32,000 nucleotides of DNA, from the NCBI RefSeq assembly GCF_000025945.1, contig NC_006138.1, positions 1,650,001 through 1,682,000 of the forward strand, written 5' to 3'. The stretch comes from Desulfotalea psychrophila LSv54 (GTDB taxonomy: Bacteria > Desulfobacterota > Desulfobulbia > Desulfobulbales > Desulfocapsaceae). The position numbers and the translations under genes were made by a program. The notes beneath the pieces were generated by a model. It was not told where the DNA came from. It saw only the letters and a program-made list of their open reading frames with translations, and did no database searches. This document shows positions 18,540 to 25,707 of this stretch, one piece after another; position 1 is the first letter of the stretch; each line of letters opens with the position of its first letter.

Positions 18540-18621
18540 AGCATCTAAGTGACCTTTTCGATCACTTATCTCTCTCCTTTCTTAATCCCTAGCTTTCCCC
18601 ACAAAGTTGGGGATTTTTTTT
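18540..18621 (+). ncRNA. Candidate small RNA of about 80 nt (promoter, 5' hairpin, CU-rich single-stranded stretch, intrinsic terminator)
   Basis: The predicted TSS is about 7 nt after the -10. There is a hairpin AAGTGA/TCACTT (18548-18567), a CU-rich tract ATCTCTCTCCTTTCTTAATCCC (18568-18589), and a terminator at 18596-18621. No ORF is present. Confidence 0.4.
18596..18621 (+). terminator. Intrinsic terminator
   Basis: TCCCCA / TGGGGA is a 6-bp GC-rich stem with a 6-nt loop, followed by T8 (18614-18621). Confidence 0.65.
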
Positions 18622-18872
18622 GCCAGAGTCTTTGCGCATGACTTTGATCGTGACCTTGATCGTGAAGTTCTTTACTGGGGCCCTTCCGGGAGGACTTTGT
18701 CCGCTGTGATGATCGGGGTAGATGGGAGGGGCGACGATAAGTTGAAGATCTTTTCTCTTTGGGGTAGAGTTTGGGCCAGTACTATTGTTTGACCGGCATG
18801 ATGCAGGACAGCTGTAGGCAAACTATTCTGAGTTGTATTTATCTAGAAATATTTAAGAAAAAGAGTGAGATA

Positions 18873-19217
18873 ATGGATTTTAGCTTTGAAGAGGCCGCAC
18901 CCATAGAAATTCGTAGGATGGAAGGCATTGAAGATTATTTTCAAGAGAGAGTAAAGGATATGGTTGTTCAGGCCCTTGAAACAGGCAATACGACCTATCA
19001 GTTAGAGGTGGATGATAAAGAGCATCTCCCCTATCTCCGTGAGCAGTTTGAACTTCTGTTCCGTCTCTCTCACTCCATTGACAAGAGGGATGGAAGCATA
19101 GACTCATATAGGGTTTTTGCAGCCAAGCAGGATGAGGATATGGGAGTGTCATTTACCCTGAGTGCCAGATTTATTGCTTTGCTCAAAACAGAGCCAAAGA
19201 TTTTAGACCTGTTCTAG
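18873..19217 (+). CDS. Hypothetical acidic protein (114 aa), no recognisable family
   Basis: An ORF with an ATG at 18873 (MDFSFEEAAP) and a weak purine-rich RBS. It ends just before a strong terminator. No motif was recognised. Confidence 0.5.
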   Translation: MDFSFEEAAPIEIRRMEGIEDYFQERVKDMVVQALETGNTTYQLEVDDKEHLPYLREQFELLFRLSHSIDKRDGSIDSYRVFAAKQDEDMGVSFTLSARFIALLKTEPKILDLF

Positions 19218-19224
19218 AGATTTT

Positions 19225-19259
19225 CCTACTTCGCAGGGGATACACTTCTGCGAAGTAGG
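19225..19259. terminator. Bidirectional terminator between the convergent hypothetical gene and the MarR gene
   Basis: Perfect 12-bp inverted repeat CCTACTTCGCAG / CTGCGAAGTAGG with an 11-nt loop. Confidence 0.75.
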
Positions 19260-19269
19260 GTTGCTAATT

Positions 19270-19683
19270 TTACATTTTGTTGAGCACTGCGCCTAACAGT
19301 CTTGCGAGACTTGCCACCTCCTCTGAGGTGAGTTCTGCACAAATATCTTGGGTAAATGCTTGATGGAACCTATGATGTTCTTTAAACATTGCCTCTCCCC
19401 TTTCTGTTAAAACAATCAACCATGACCGGCGATCCTTTTCATGGGGTTTTCGTTGCACAAGCCCCTGCTTTTCAAGTTTATCTATGCCGACGGTTAGTGT
19501 TCCCGTGGTGATTCCCAATTTTTCTGCAAGTTCCTTCATTCGCATCTCTTGGTTATGACCGATTATTTCAATCGTATGCATCTGGGTGGGAGAGAGACCA
19601 CTTTCTTTGACTACGGAATGTTCCCAGGATGAAATTTTGTCATAAAATTCTACCAACTGATGTGAGAGTTGTTCTACACTCAT
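19270..19683 (-). CDS. MarR-family transcriptional regulator (137 aa)
   Basis: A winged-helix region MKELAEKLGITTGTLTVGIDKLEKQGLVQRKPHEKDRR is present. The ATG at 19683 forms an ATGA overlap with the upstream transporter's stop. The track's 227-aa version is a read-through artefact. Confidence 0.9.
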   Translation of the reverse strand: MSVEQLSHQLVEFYDKISSWEHSVVKESGLSPTQMHTIEIIGHNQEMRMKELAEKLGITTGTLTVGIDKLEKQGLVQRKPHEKDRRSWLIVLTERGEAMFKEHHRFHQAFTQDICAELTSEEVASLARLLGAVLNKM

Positions 19684-20432
19684 ACTGCCCCCCTGTATGT
19701 AGAGGAAATAATTGCCCCATAGAGTCCATATCCAGCAAAAACAATAATTACCAATCCTGACAGCTTCATAATAAAGGGCTCTATCCACTCCTTTTGCAGT
19801 GAATGGGCCATATGTGTTGCCTTGAATATGAGGAAAATAACCAGGCCGACGGCAACTGCTGTTGAAACTGCATAGGTGGCAAAGACAAGGGTTGCCGAGA
19901 GCAAGCTCCCGGAATTTAGGGCATAACCATACATGACCGCCACGGTGGGACATGGAATGATCATATTGATAAAGCCAATGCTAAAAAGGGCATATGGAAG
20001 TATTTTTTTGTTTTTTGTGAATTTCTTAAGCCGGGCCATGATGCCTGGCCGATGATCATGGCAGTCGTGATCATGATGGCAGTCATGATTGTGGTCGTGC
20101 TCGTGATCATGGTTGTGGAGTATATGGGGTTTATAGAGCAGGAGGGCGCCGATGAGCAAAAGGGCTAGCGAGGTGATAACTTCAACCCAGATGCCAACTG
20201 AAGCGGGCAGGGATTGAGATACAGCCCCCAGGCTTGCGCCGAGGGCAATACAGGCAAGCGCCGTTCCAAAGAGGAAGGCGAAGCTTAGCAGGGCGACACG
20301 TTTACCGTTTTTTTCTCCCGTAGTAAATGGGGCGAGAACGAGCCATGAATGTCCACAGGGGTTTATCCCGTGAAGCAGGCCGAGTATAAAGCTCGACTGT
20401 AGTGCTGCAAGCAATAGGGTGTTGAGTTCCAT
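19680..20432 (-). CDS. Putative divalent-metal (Ni/Co/Zn-type) membrane transporter with a His-rich cytoplasmic loop (DsbD_2/UreH-like TM fold)
   Basis: A 250-aa protein with about 6 TM segments and an LLHGINPCGHSW motif in TM1. The central loop is HNHDHEHDHNHDCHHDHDCHDH. An AGGAAA RBS is present. Confidence 0.65.
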   Translation of the reverse strand: MELNTLLLAALQSSFILGLLHGINPCGHSWLVLAPFTTGEKNGKRVALLSFAFLFGTALACIALGASLGAVSQSLPASVGIWVEVITSLALLLIGALLLYKPHILHNHDHEHDHNHDCHHDHDCHDHRPGIMARLKKFTKNKKILPYALFSIGFINMIIPCPTVAVMYGYALNSGSLLSATLVFATYAVSTAVAVGLVIFLIFKATHMAHSLQKEWIEPFIMKLSGLVIIVFAGYGLYGAIISSTYRGAV

Positions 20433-20698
20433 CTTATTTCCTAAACTGAGGGCTTGAGTGCCATAAAAACTATTTTCTAAAAAGTATCAGGAGATATTAT
20501 TACATTTAGTTTGAAAGTCAAGATGTTTGTTCTTCAAGCTATGTGGGCTCAGTTCATGCTGCAAAGGGTAACAGTACCCTTCTGTTTTTTACAAATATTT
20601 CTAATGCTAATATTGATTTTTTTGCTATCCTCTAGTTATCTGTTTTGCATCTCTCTACCGAGGAGAGGTGAAGTTCATCCTATGAAAAGTTAAAAAAT

Positions 20699-21886
20699 AT
20701 GACACGACAACAGAAGAAAGCGCTTTTTATCCTCTGGTTTGGCTATGCCAATTTTTATCTGTTGCGACTCAACTATGGTATAGCTATGCCGGGAATCATG
20801 GCCGAATATGGCTATAGCAGAGGAGAACTTGGCCTGGGGGCAAGTTTCTTTTTTATGCTCTATGCCCTTGGCCTGGTGGTAAGTGGGGTGCTCAGTGACA
20901 GACTAGGACCGAAAAGGATTTTGGTCTTTGGCCTGCTCTGCTCCATTCTTGTTAATCTGGCCTTTCCGTCTATTGCTGGTAGCCTCTTCGGCATTGTTTT
21001 TCTTTGGTCTATAAATGGTTTTTTTCAGGCAATGGGCTGGGCGCCTACGGTGAAGATGACTTCACCGTGGTTTGAGGAGGGGCAGAAGGGTCGGGCCTCG
21101 GCGATTCTTGGTACCTCATATATTATCGGCAGTGCTCTGAGTTGGCTTCTTGCCGGTTATCTGGCCCAAAACTACTCCTGGCGTCTTGTCTTCTATGGCC
21201 CAACCCTCATCGCCGCAGTCATCTTAGCTCTCTACCTGATCTATATAGAGCAATATCCACAGGCCACTACCCCTGCCAGACAGTCTATCTTGAAGACCTT
21301 GGGCGCTGTTTTGGCTGAGAGGGAAATTTGGTATGTGGGTTTTACCCTTTTAGGGCTTAATATCGTGATCTATGGATTTATGACCTGGGCACCCATATAC
21401 TATTTTGAGCAGGGTGGAGATATTCAGGAGGCGACCCATAAGGCCCTCCTTTTTCCCATAGCCGGAGCCCTGGGTAGCCTTTTTATAGGCTGGCTTTGTG
21501 ATAAGTTCTTTGCCAAGAGGCGACTCTTTGTCGGCGTCATGGCCATGGTTGTTCTTCTCTTCTCTGTCCTTCTTTTTCCCTATAGCACCGATCCTCTTGT
21601 CTCGCTGACCTGTCTTGTTTTCGTCGGGGCCACAGCCTATGGTACAGAGGTTCTTCTGGTTTCTCAGTTTCCCATGATATTTGGCAAGCAAAAGAATATG
21701 GCAACCATTGTTGGCGTTATTGATAGTATAGGTTATCTGGGAGCAGCCATAACCAGTGTGACAAGCGGCTTTTTGACTGATATTTGGGGCTGGTCAGCGG
21801 CCTTCTATTTCTGGATAGGAGGTGGCTTGTTCGCTATGATCTTCCTCCTTATCTGTCAGCGACAGCTGGGGCATACCCTTCGGTAA
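20699..21886 (+). CDS. MFS transporter
   Basis: A 395-aa protein with about 12 TM segments and an MFS loop 2-3 motif (SGVLSDRLGPKR). Substrate is not inferable. Confidence 0.85.
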   Translation: MTRQQKKALFILWFGYANFYLLRLNYGIAMPGIMAEYGYSRGELGLGASFFFMLYALGLVVSGVLSDRLGPKRILVFGLLCSILVNLAFPSIAGSLFGIVFLWSINGFFQAMGWAPTVKMTSPWFEEGQKGRASAILGTSYIIGSALSWLLAGYLAQNYSWRLVFYGPTLIAAVILALYLIYIEQYPQATTPARQSILKTLGAVLAEREIWYVGFTLLGLNIVIYGFMTWAPIYYFEQGGDIQEATHKALLFPIAGALGSLFIGWLCDKFFAKRRLFVGVMAMVVLLFSVLLFPYSTDPLVSLTCLVFVGATAYGTEVLLVSQFPMIFGKQKNMATIVGVIDSIGYLGAAITSVTSGFLTDIWGWSAAFYFWIGGGLFAMIFLLICQRQLGHTLR

Positions 21887-21900
21887 ATTTTCTTTAAGGC

Positions 21901-21932
21901 ACCTTGGACAAAACGTTCTGAAAGGTTTTTTT
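21901..21932 (+). terminator. Probable intrinsic terminator after the MFS gene
   Basis: ACCTT...AAGGT forms an imperfect stem with an inner GGAC/GTTC pairing, followed by T7. Confidence 0.4.
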
Positions 21933-21984
21933 GCGAAAATAGAGTTGCGTCTTTTCATTTTTCTAGTGTATATTTAGATGAGTT

Positions 21985-22008
21985 GTGTCGAATGTCGACA
22001 TTTTTTAT
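21985..22008. promoter_or_regulatory. Candidate GntR-type operator (site 1, autoregulatory) about 50 nt upstream of the GntR gene
   Basis: GTGTCGA-ATGTCGACAT. The 10-bp perfect palindrome ATGTCGACAT (21992-22001) recurs at 24113-24122 and 27833-27842. Confidence 0.55.
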
Positions 22009-22053
22009 CAAAAGCGCATAATGCATAAAATAGAATAGGGTTTCATAAACAAT

Positions 22054-22746
22054 ATGGCAGGTATAGTAAAAATTACTTATAGTGGCCAGGTAGTTAAATA
22101 TATTAAAGATATGGTCCTTAAGGGGGAGCTTGCCCCTGGCGATCAGGTTAAAGAAGCAGAAATATCAAAAAAATTAGATATTAGCCGTGCCCCTGTTCGA
22201 GAGGCAATGCAAATACTTATAAACGAAGGTCTGGTTTCTTCTAAGCCTCAAAAGAGAAAATATATAACCGCATTAACCTCGAAAGAAATTATTGATAGTT
22301 ATTTTACGGGCGGTGTTCTTGAGGCAGCAGCGGTTGCCAAGTCCCTGGACGCCTATTTAGCAAAAGATATTGTAAGGCTCGAAAAAATTGTAGAAAAAAT
22401 GCATGATCTCGCTGACTCGGACAGTCGTAGCGAACAGCTTGCCACCCTCGACAATCATTTTCACGACGTGCTGTTTTCCCGTGTTGATAATCAACTATTG
22501 ATTGAGCTTTGTCGGCGATCCTGTCAGGAGATTTCAAAATTTTTGCTATTTCGTTATTGGCGTAATCTGTTTTCAGTGGCAGAGGTCTATTCCCGTCATA
22601 AGGCAATTGTTGATGCTATAAAAAATGGTGACCTCGTGGAATTAGAGAAAGTCATTAGAAAGCATTATAATGATTCAGGACTGAGAATGTCACGCTATGG
22701 TATAGATAAAATTGATTTAACAAATAAAGGAATAAATCAAGACTGA
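22054..22746 (+). CDS. GntR-family transcriptional regulator, FadR/FCD subfamily
   Basis: The N-terminal winged HTH is GELAPGDQVKEAEISKKLDISRAPVREAMQILINEGLV. It is followed by an all-helical domain of about 150 aa with His residues typical of FCD domains. Confidence 0.9.
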   Translation: MAGIVKITYSGQVVKYIKDMVLKGELAPGDQVKEAEISKKLDISRAPVREAMQILINEGLVSSKPQKRKYITALTSKEIIDSYFTGGVLEAAAVAKSLDAYLAKDIVRLEKIVEKMHDLADSDSRSEQLATLDNHFHDVLFSRVDNQLLIELCRRSCQEISKFLLFRYWRNLFSVAEVYSRHKAIVDAIKNGDLVELEKVIRKHYNDSGLRMSRYGIDKIDLTNKGINQD

Positions 22747-22766
22747 TTTAACAGCCGAGGGGGGGG

Positions 22767-22857
22767 CGAGCACACTGTTGGCGTCCCCTAAGCAAAGAAT
22801 ATCTTCGACCTGTAATCATCATTCCAAGTAGCCTCTTAAGTTTATTCCTTTGGCTGG
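22767..22857 (+). repeat. 91-bp direct repeat, copy A (left flank of the IS)
   Basis: It aligns base-for-base, without gaps and with scattered substitutions, to 23909-23999 (CGAGCAYACTGTTGGCGTCCCCTAA...TGTAATCATCATTCCAA...CTTTGGCTGG). Confidence 0.75.
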
Positions 22858-22878
22858 AGCTGGGTGAGTAGAATAAGT

Positions 22879-23909
22879 GGGCGTTGTTGAACAAATCCAA
22901 ACGGCAAGTTTTCAATGCCCCATCGCTGTACTGTTCTAACGACAAACAGCTCCTCTAACGGACATTCCCAAAGCAGTTATCTTGCTTAATGCTTTGACGC
23001 AAGCCGACTTACCACTTGCGCATTGTAATCGCGAAGGCTCAATTTGCCACTGATCAACTGTTTGTAGCGATACATCGCTGTTTCAGCAAGAGACCTTTGA
23101 TGATACCCCTGTGCTTGCTTTCCACTCTTTCAACTCACCTTTTCGCAATGCTCCTATAGCCTCATTTCTTGGATGGCCTTCCTTCCACATAGCAGCATTT
23201 TTCCGTGGTGGATGAGCAGACACCTTTGATTCCAATAATTTCATAGCACTCTTTCGTATCGTATGCACCATTGTCTGATATCTGCTTTATGCGTCGTCGA
23301 AGAGGATTCAGTAGATGCCCTAAAACTTTGGAGTCATGAACGCGCTCTAGCGAGATTTCACCACTTAGGCGATCAGTCTCGGCATCGATTACAAGGTGAA
23401 TCTTACGCTAGGTTTTACGTTTGGAAGCCCCATGTTTTCTGACGCTCCACTCTCCTTCTCCATAGACTTTAAGCCCCGTCGAATCGATATGCTTAATCGG
23501 CCCACGACTTGGCAGCCTATAATTCACCTTAACAGTTTGGGCACGTCTGCTAACAGGTGTATCAGGTGCCTGGAGGTCGATATCTATCAGTTCAAAAAGT
23601 GAATTCAGAAAACCTTCAGTACCTCTGAGAGATAGGCCGTAAATGGTTCCACATTAAACAGGTGGTTATTGCATCATCAGTGTACTTGCGGCTACGGCCA
23701 CGCTGTCCCGATGGTGTCGTGCTGTACCAACTTTCAATTGCTTTCTTGTCCACCCAAAATGTCAACGCCATTGCTTCAGTGTCCTGTTATATTCCGGCCA
23801 ATTTTTGATCTTTCCCCTGCTCTCTCATTGCTCCTCCAATGTTTTCTGTATGTTACAAGAAAACATTGGAGGAGCAATGCTAGCAATTTCTATTTGTGCA
23901 ACAAGGCCC
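22879..23909 (-). mobile_element. IS903-group (IS5-family) insertion sequence, about 1.03 kb, with an inactivated transposase
   Basis: The terminal inverted repeats are GGGCGTTGTTGAACAAAT (22879-22896) and, on the reverse complement at 23892-23909, GGGCCTTGTTGCACAAAT (16/18 identical, close to the IS903 IR GGCTTTGTTGAATAAAT). The internal coding sequence resembles the IS903 transposase. No 9-bp target duplication is present. Confidence 0.8.
22986..23828 (-). pseudogene. IS903-like DDE transposase, broken by several frameshifts and stops
   Basis: Pieces in three frames match the transposase:
- IKNWPEYNRTLKQ
- LTFWVDKKAIESWYSTTPSGQRGRSRKYTDDAITT
- IDSTGLKVYGEGEWSVRKHG
- DNGAYDT
- SAHPPRKNAAMWKEGHPRNEAIGALRK...WK
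- GYHQRSLAETAMYRYKQLISGKLSLRDYNAQVV. Confidence 0.75.
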
Positions 23910-23999
23910 GAGCATACTGTTGGCGTCCCCTAATCAAAGAACACCTTCGCTTTGTAATCATCATTCCAATCAGTCTTTTAAGCTTGTTTCTTTGGCTGG
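23909..23999 (+). repeat. 91-bp direct repeat, copy B (right flank of the IS)
   Basis: See copy A; it has the same orientation. Confidence 0.75.
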
Positions 24000-24105
24000 C
24001 TGCCCCACAAAGATGTTGCCTCAGAGCTCATGAGAAACGTCTAAAAAAGACCAATTTCCCACAATTTAATATCTTGACAAACAAAAAAGGATACGTTAAT
24101 CCTGT

Positions 24106-24129
24106 ATAGCAAATGTCGACATTTGACAT
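24106..24129. promoter_or_regulatory. Candidate GntR-type operator (site 2) upstream of ridA copy 1, downstream of a TTGACA box (24074-24079)
   Basis: ATGTCGACAT (24113-24122) is followed by TTGACAT. The left heptamer is degenerate (ATAGCAA). Confidence 0.55.
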
Positions 24130-24178
24130 TTGGCACAGGTTGTTTAAACGTCTTTCATCAAACTTTGGAGTTATGTAA

Positions 24179-24574
24179 GTGGCAACTATGATTGAAAAAA
24201 AGATTATTGAGACAGAGGCTGCCCCAGCAGCAGTAGCAGCGTATTCACAGGCTGTGCAAGCGGGGAATTTATTATTTACCTCAGGGCAGTTACCCCTTGA
24301 TCCTTCATCGGGAAAAATAGTTACGGGGGATATTGTTGCCCAGGCCCATCAGGCGATAAAAAACCTTATTGCCATCGTTGAGGCTGCGGGAAGTAGCATC
24401 GACGATGTCATAAAAGTAACTGTTTATCTTGCAGACGTTAAAGATTCTGCAGCAGTTAACGAAGTCTATAACCAATATTTTTTTCAGCCCTATCCAGCTC
24501 GTAGTGCCTTTCAAGTAGCGGCACTCCCTCTGGCTGCAGGTTTAGAGATTGAAGCAATAGCAATTGTTAAATAA
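24179..24574 (+). CDS. ridA: RidA-family reactive enamine/imine deaminase (copy 1)
   Basis: YjgF/YER057c/UK114 hallmarks are present: APAAVAAYSQAV, LFTSGQLPLDP, and the conserved Arg in PYPARSAFQVAALP. The GTG at 24179 is 8 nt after GGAG; the ATG at 24188 is an alternative start. Confidence 0.9.
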   Translation: MATMIEKKIIETEAAPAAVAAYSQAVQAGNLLFTSGQLPLDPSSGKIVTGDIVAQAHQAIKNLIAIVEAAGSSIDDVIKVTVYLADVKDSAAVNEVYNQYFFQPYPARSAFQVAALPLAAGLEIEAIAIVK

Positions 24575-24599
24575 ATTTTTCATAAAGGATAAAAAAGTC

Positions 24600-25598
24600 A
24601 TGAATCTCACCCAATTCCCAAGAAGAAATTATCTCCAAGGACCTACTCCTATTGAAGCAGCCCCAAGGTTTTCTAAGGCCCTGGGTGGTAAGGTAAATGT
24701 TTTCATCAAGCGTGATGACCTGTTGCCCGGTTGTGCCGGTGGTAATAAGACCAGAAAATTGGATTTTTGTATTGCTGATGCGATAGAGAAGGGCGCTGAT
24801 ACGATTATTACCTGTGGTCCTGTTCAGTCTAATCACTGTCGTTTGACCCTTTCTTGGGCAGTTAAGGAAGAGATGGATTGTCATCTTATACTTGAAGAGC
24901 GTGTTCCGGGAAGCTATAAAGAAGATGGTTCCGGTAACAACTTCCTTTTCAATCTGATGGGCGTAAAGAGCACTCAGGTTGTTCCTGGTGGTTCCGATAT
25001 GATGGGTGAGATGGAGAAGCTTGCCAAGGAGCTTGAGGCTCAGGGCAAAAAACCTTATATCATTCCAGGCGGTGCCTCTAACGTTCTTGGCGCGACCGGT
25101 TATGTTGCCTGTGCCCAGGAAATTCAACAACAGCTCTTTCAACAAAACATTAATATAACTGATATAGTAGTCCCGAGTGGTAGCGCCGGTACCCATGCAG
25201 GTGTCGCCGTCGGTATGTACGGAATTAATTCCGGTATTAGGGTAAGCGGTATCAATGTAAGTAAGCCTAAGGATGTCCAGGAAGAGAATGTTTATAAGTT
25301 GGCATACGAAACTGCAAAAGCAGTAGGTGTGTGCGGAGAGCTTCCACGCGGTGAGATAACCTGTTTTGATGGCTATGTAGGTGCAGGTTATTCTCTGCCC
25401 ACCGATTCAATGGTTGAGGCAGTAAAGCTTCTTGCTCGAACTGAGGCAATCCTGCTTGATCCTGTTTATTCCGGCAAGGTTATGGCTGGTATGATCGACC
25501 TTATTCGAAACGATTATTTCGCTCCAGGAACAAATGTTTTATTTCTGCATACCGGTGGATCTCCCGCCCTCTATGCATATACCGATACGTTTAAATAG
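24600..25598 (+). CDS. PLP-dependent deaminase/lyase of the D-cysteine desulfhydrase / ACC deaminase / cysteate sulfo-lyase family (copy 1)
   Basis: The PLP-lysine motif GGNKTRKLDF is present, together with a Gly-rich phosphate loop (SGSAGTHAG) and the C-terminal LHTGG. Length is 332 aa from the ATG at 24600. Confidence 0.88.
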   Translation: MNLTQFPRRNYLQGPTPIEAAPRFSKALGGKVNVFIKRDDLLPGCAGGNKTRKLDFCIADAIEKGADTIITCGPVQSNHCRLTLSWAVKEEMDCHLILEERVPGSYKEDGSGNNFLFNLMGVKSTQVVPGGSDMMGEMEKLAKELEAQGKKPYIIPGGASNVLGATGYVACAQEIQQQLFQQNINITDIVVPSGSAGTHAGVAVGMYGINSGIRVSGINVSKPKDVQEENVYKLAYETAKAVGVCGELPRGEITCFDGYVGAGYSLPTDSMVEAVKLLARTEAILLDPVYSGKVMAGMIDLIRNDYFAPGTNVLFLHTGGSPALYAYTDTFK

Positions 25599-25608
25599 CT
25601 AAATTCAT

Positions 25609-25640
25609 GGCACCGTGACCCTTGTCTCGGTGCCTTTTTT
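25609..25640 (+). terminator. Intrinsic terminator after deaminase copy 1
   Basis: GGCACCG / CGGTGCC is a 7-bp stem with a 12-nt loop, followed by T6. Confidence 0.8.
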
Positions 25641-25707
25641 ATATAGTTTAGTTAAAAAGGTAATGACTTCTGTCAAACCTACAGCATAATTATGGAGGAA
25701 TTTTATA

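Larger units (their letters stand above)
24063..25598 (+). repeat. Segmental duplication copy 1 (promoter/operator region plus ridA plus the dcyD-family gene), about 1.53 kb
   Basis: It is collinear with 27783-29311. By manual alignment I count 18 mismatches in the 396-nt ridA part. Similarity ends at the stop codon of the second gene. Confidence 0.9.

Noticed and set aside
18607-18792. 61-aa ORF downstream of the candidate sRNA terminator
   Set aside because: It has a non-ATG start and no RBS, and it overlaps the T-run of the terminator. The product has no recognisable features.
20511-20693. 60-aa ORF upstream of the MFS gene, and the small GGGTA/TACCC hairpin plus T-run at about 20565-20590
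   Set aside because: The ORF has a TTG-type start, a hydrophobic low-complexity product and no RBS. The hairpin has only 5 bp, so it is not convincing as an attenuator.
23396-24109. Plus-strand ORFs 23396-23602 and 23669-24109, and minus-strand ORF 22748-22945, in the IS region
   Set aside because: They are antisense to, or flank, the decayed IS903-like transposase frames and span the IR and the 91-bp repeats. They show no protein-like features.
24123-24136. A 7-nt insertion (TTGGCAC) unique to ridA copy 1 that creates TGGCAC, resembling a sigma54 -24 box
   Set aside because: The -12 position reads GTTTA rather than TTGCA/T. No enhancer-binding protein gene is nearby, and copy 2 lacks the insertion. 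It is most simply an indel.
24567-25196. 209-aa and 145-aa minus-strand ORFs antisense to the two deaminase copies (24567-25196 and 28472-28909)
   Set aside because: They are conserved between the copies only because the sense gene is duplicated. Their products look like off-frame translation, and the sense frame has unambiguous PLP-enzyme motifs.
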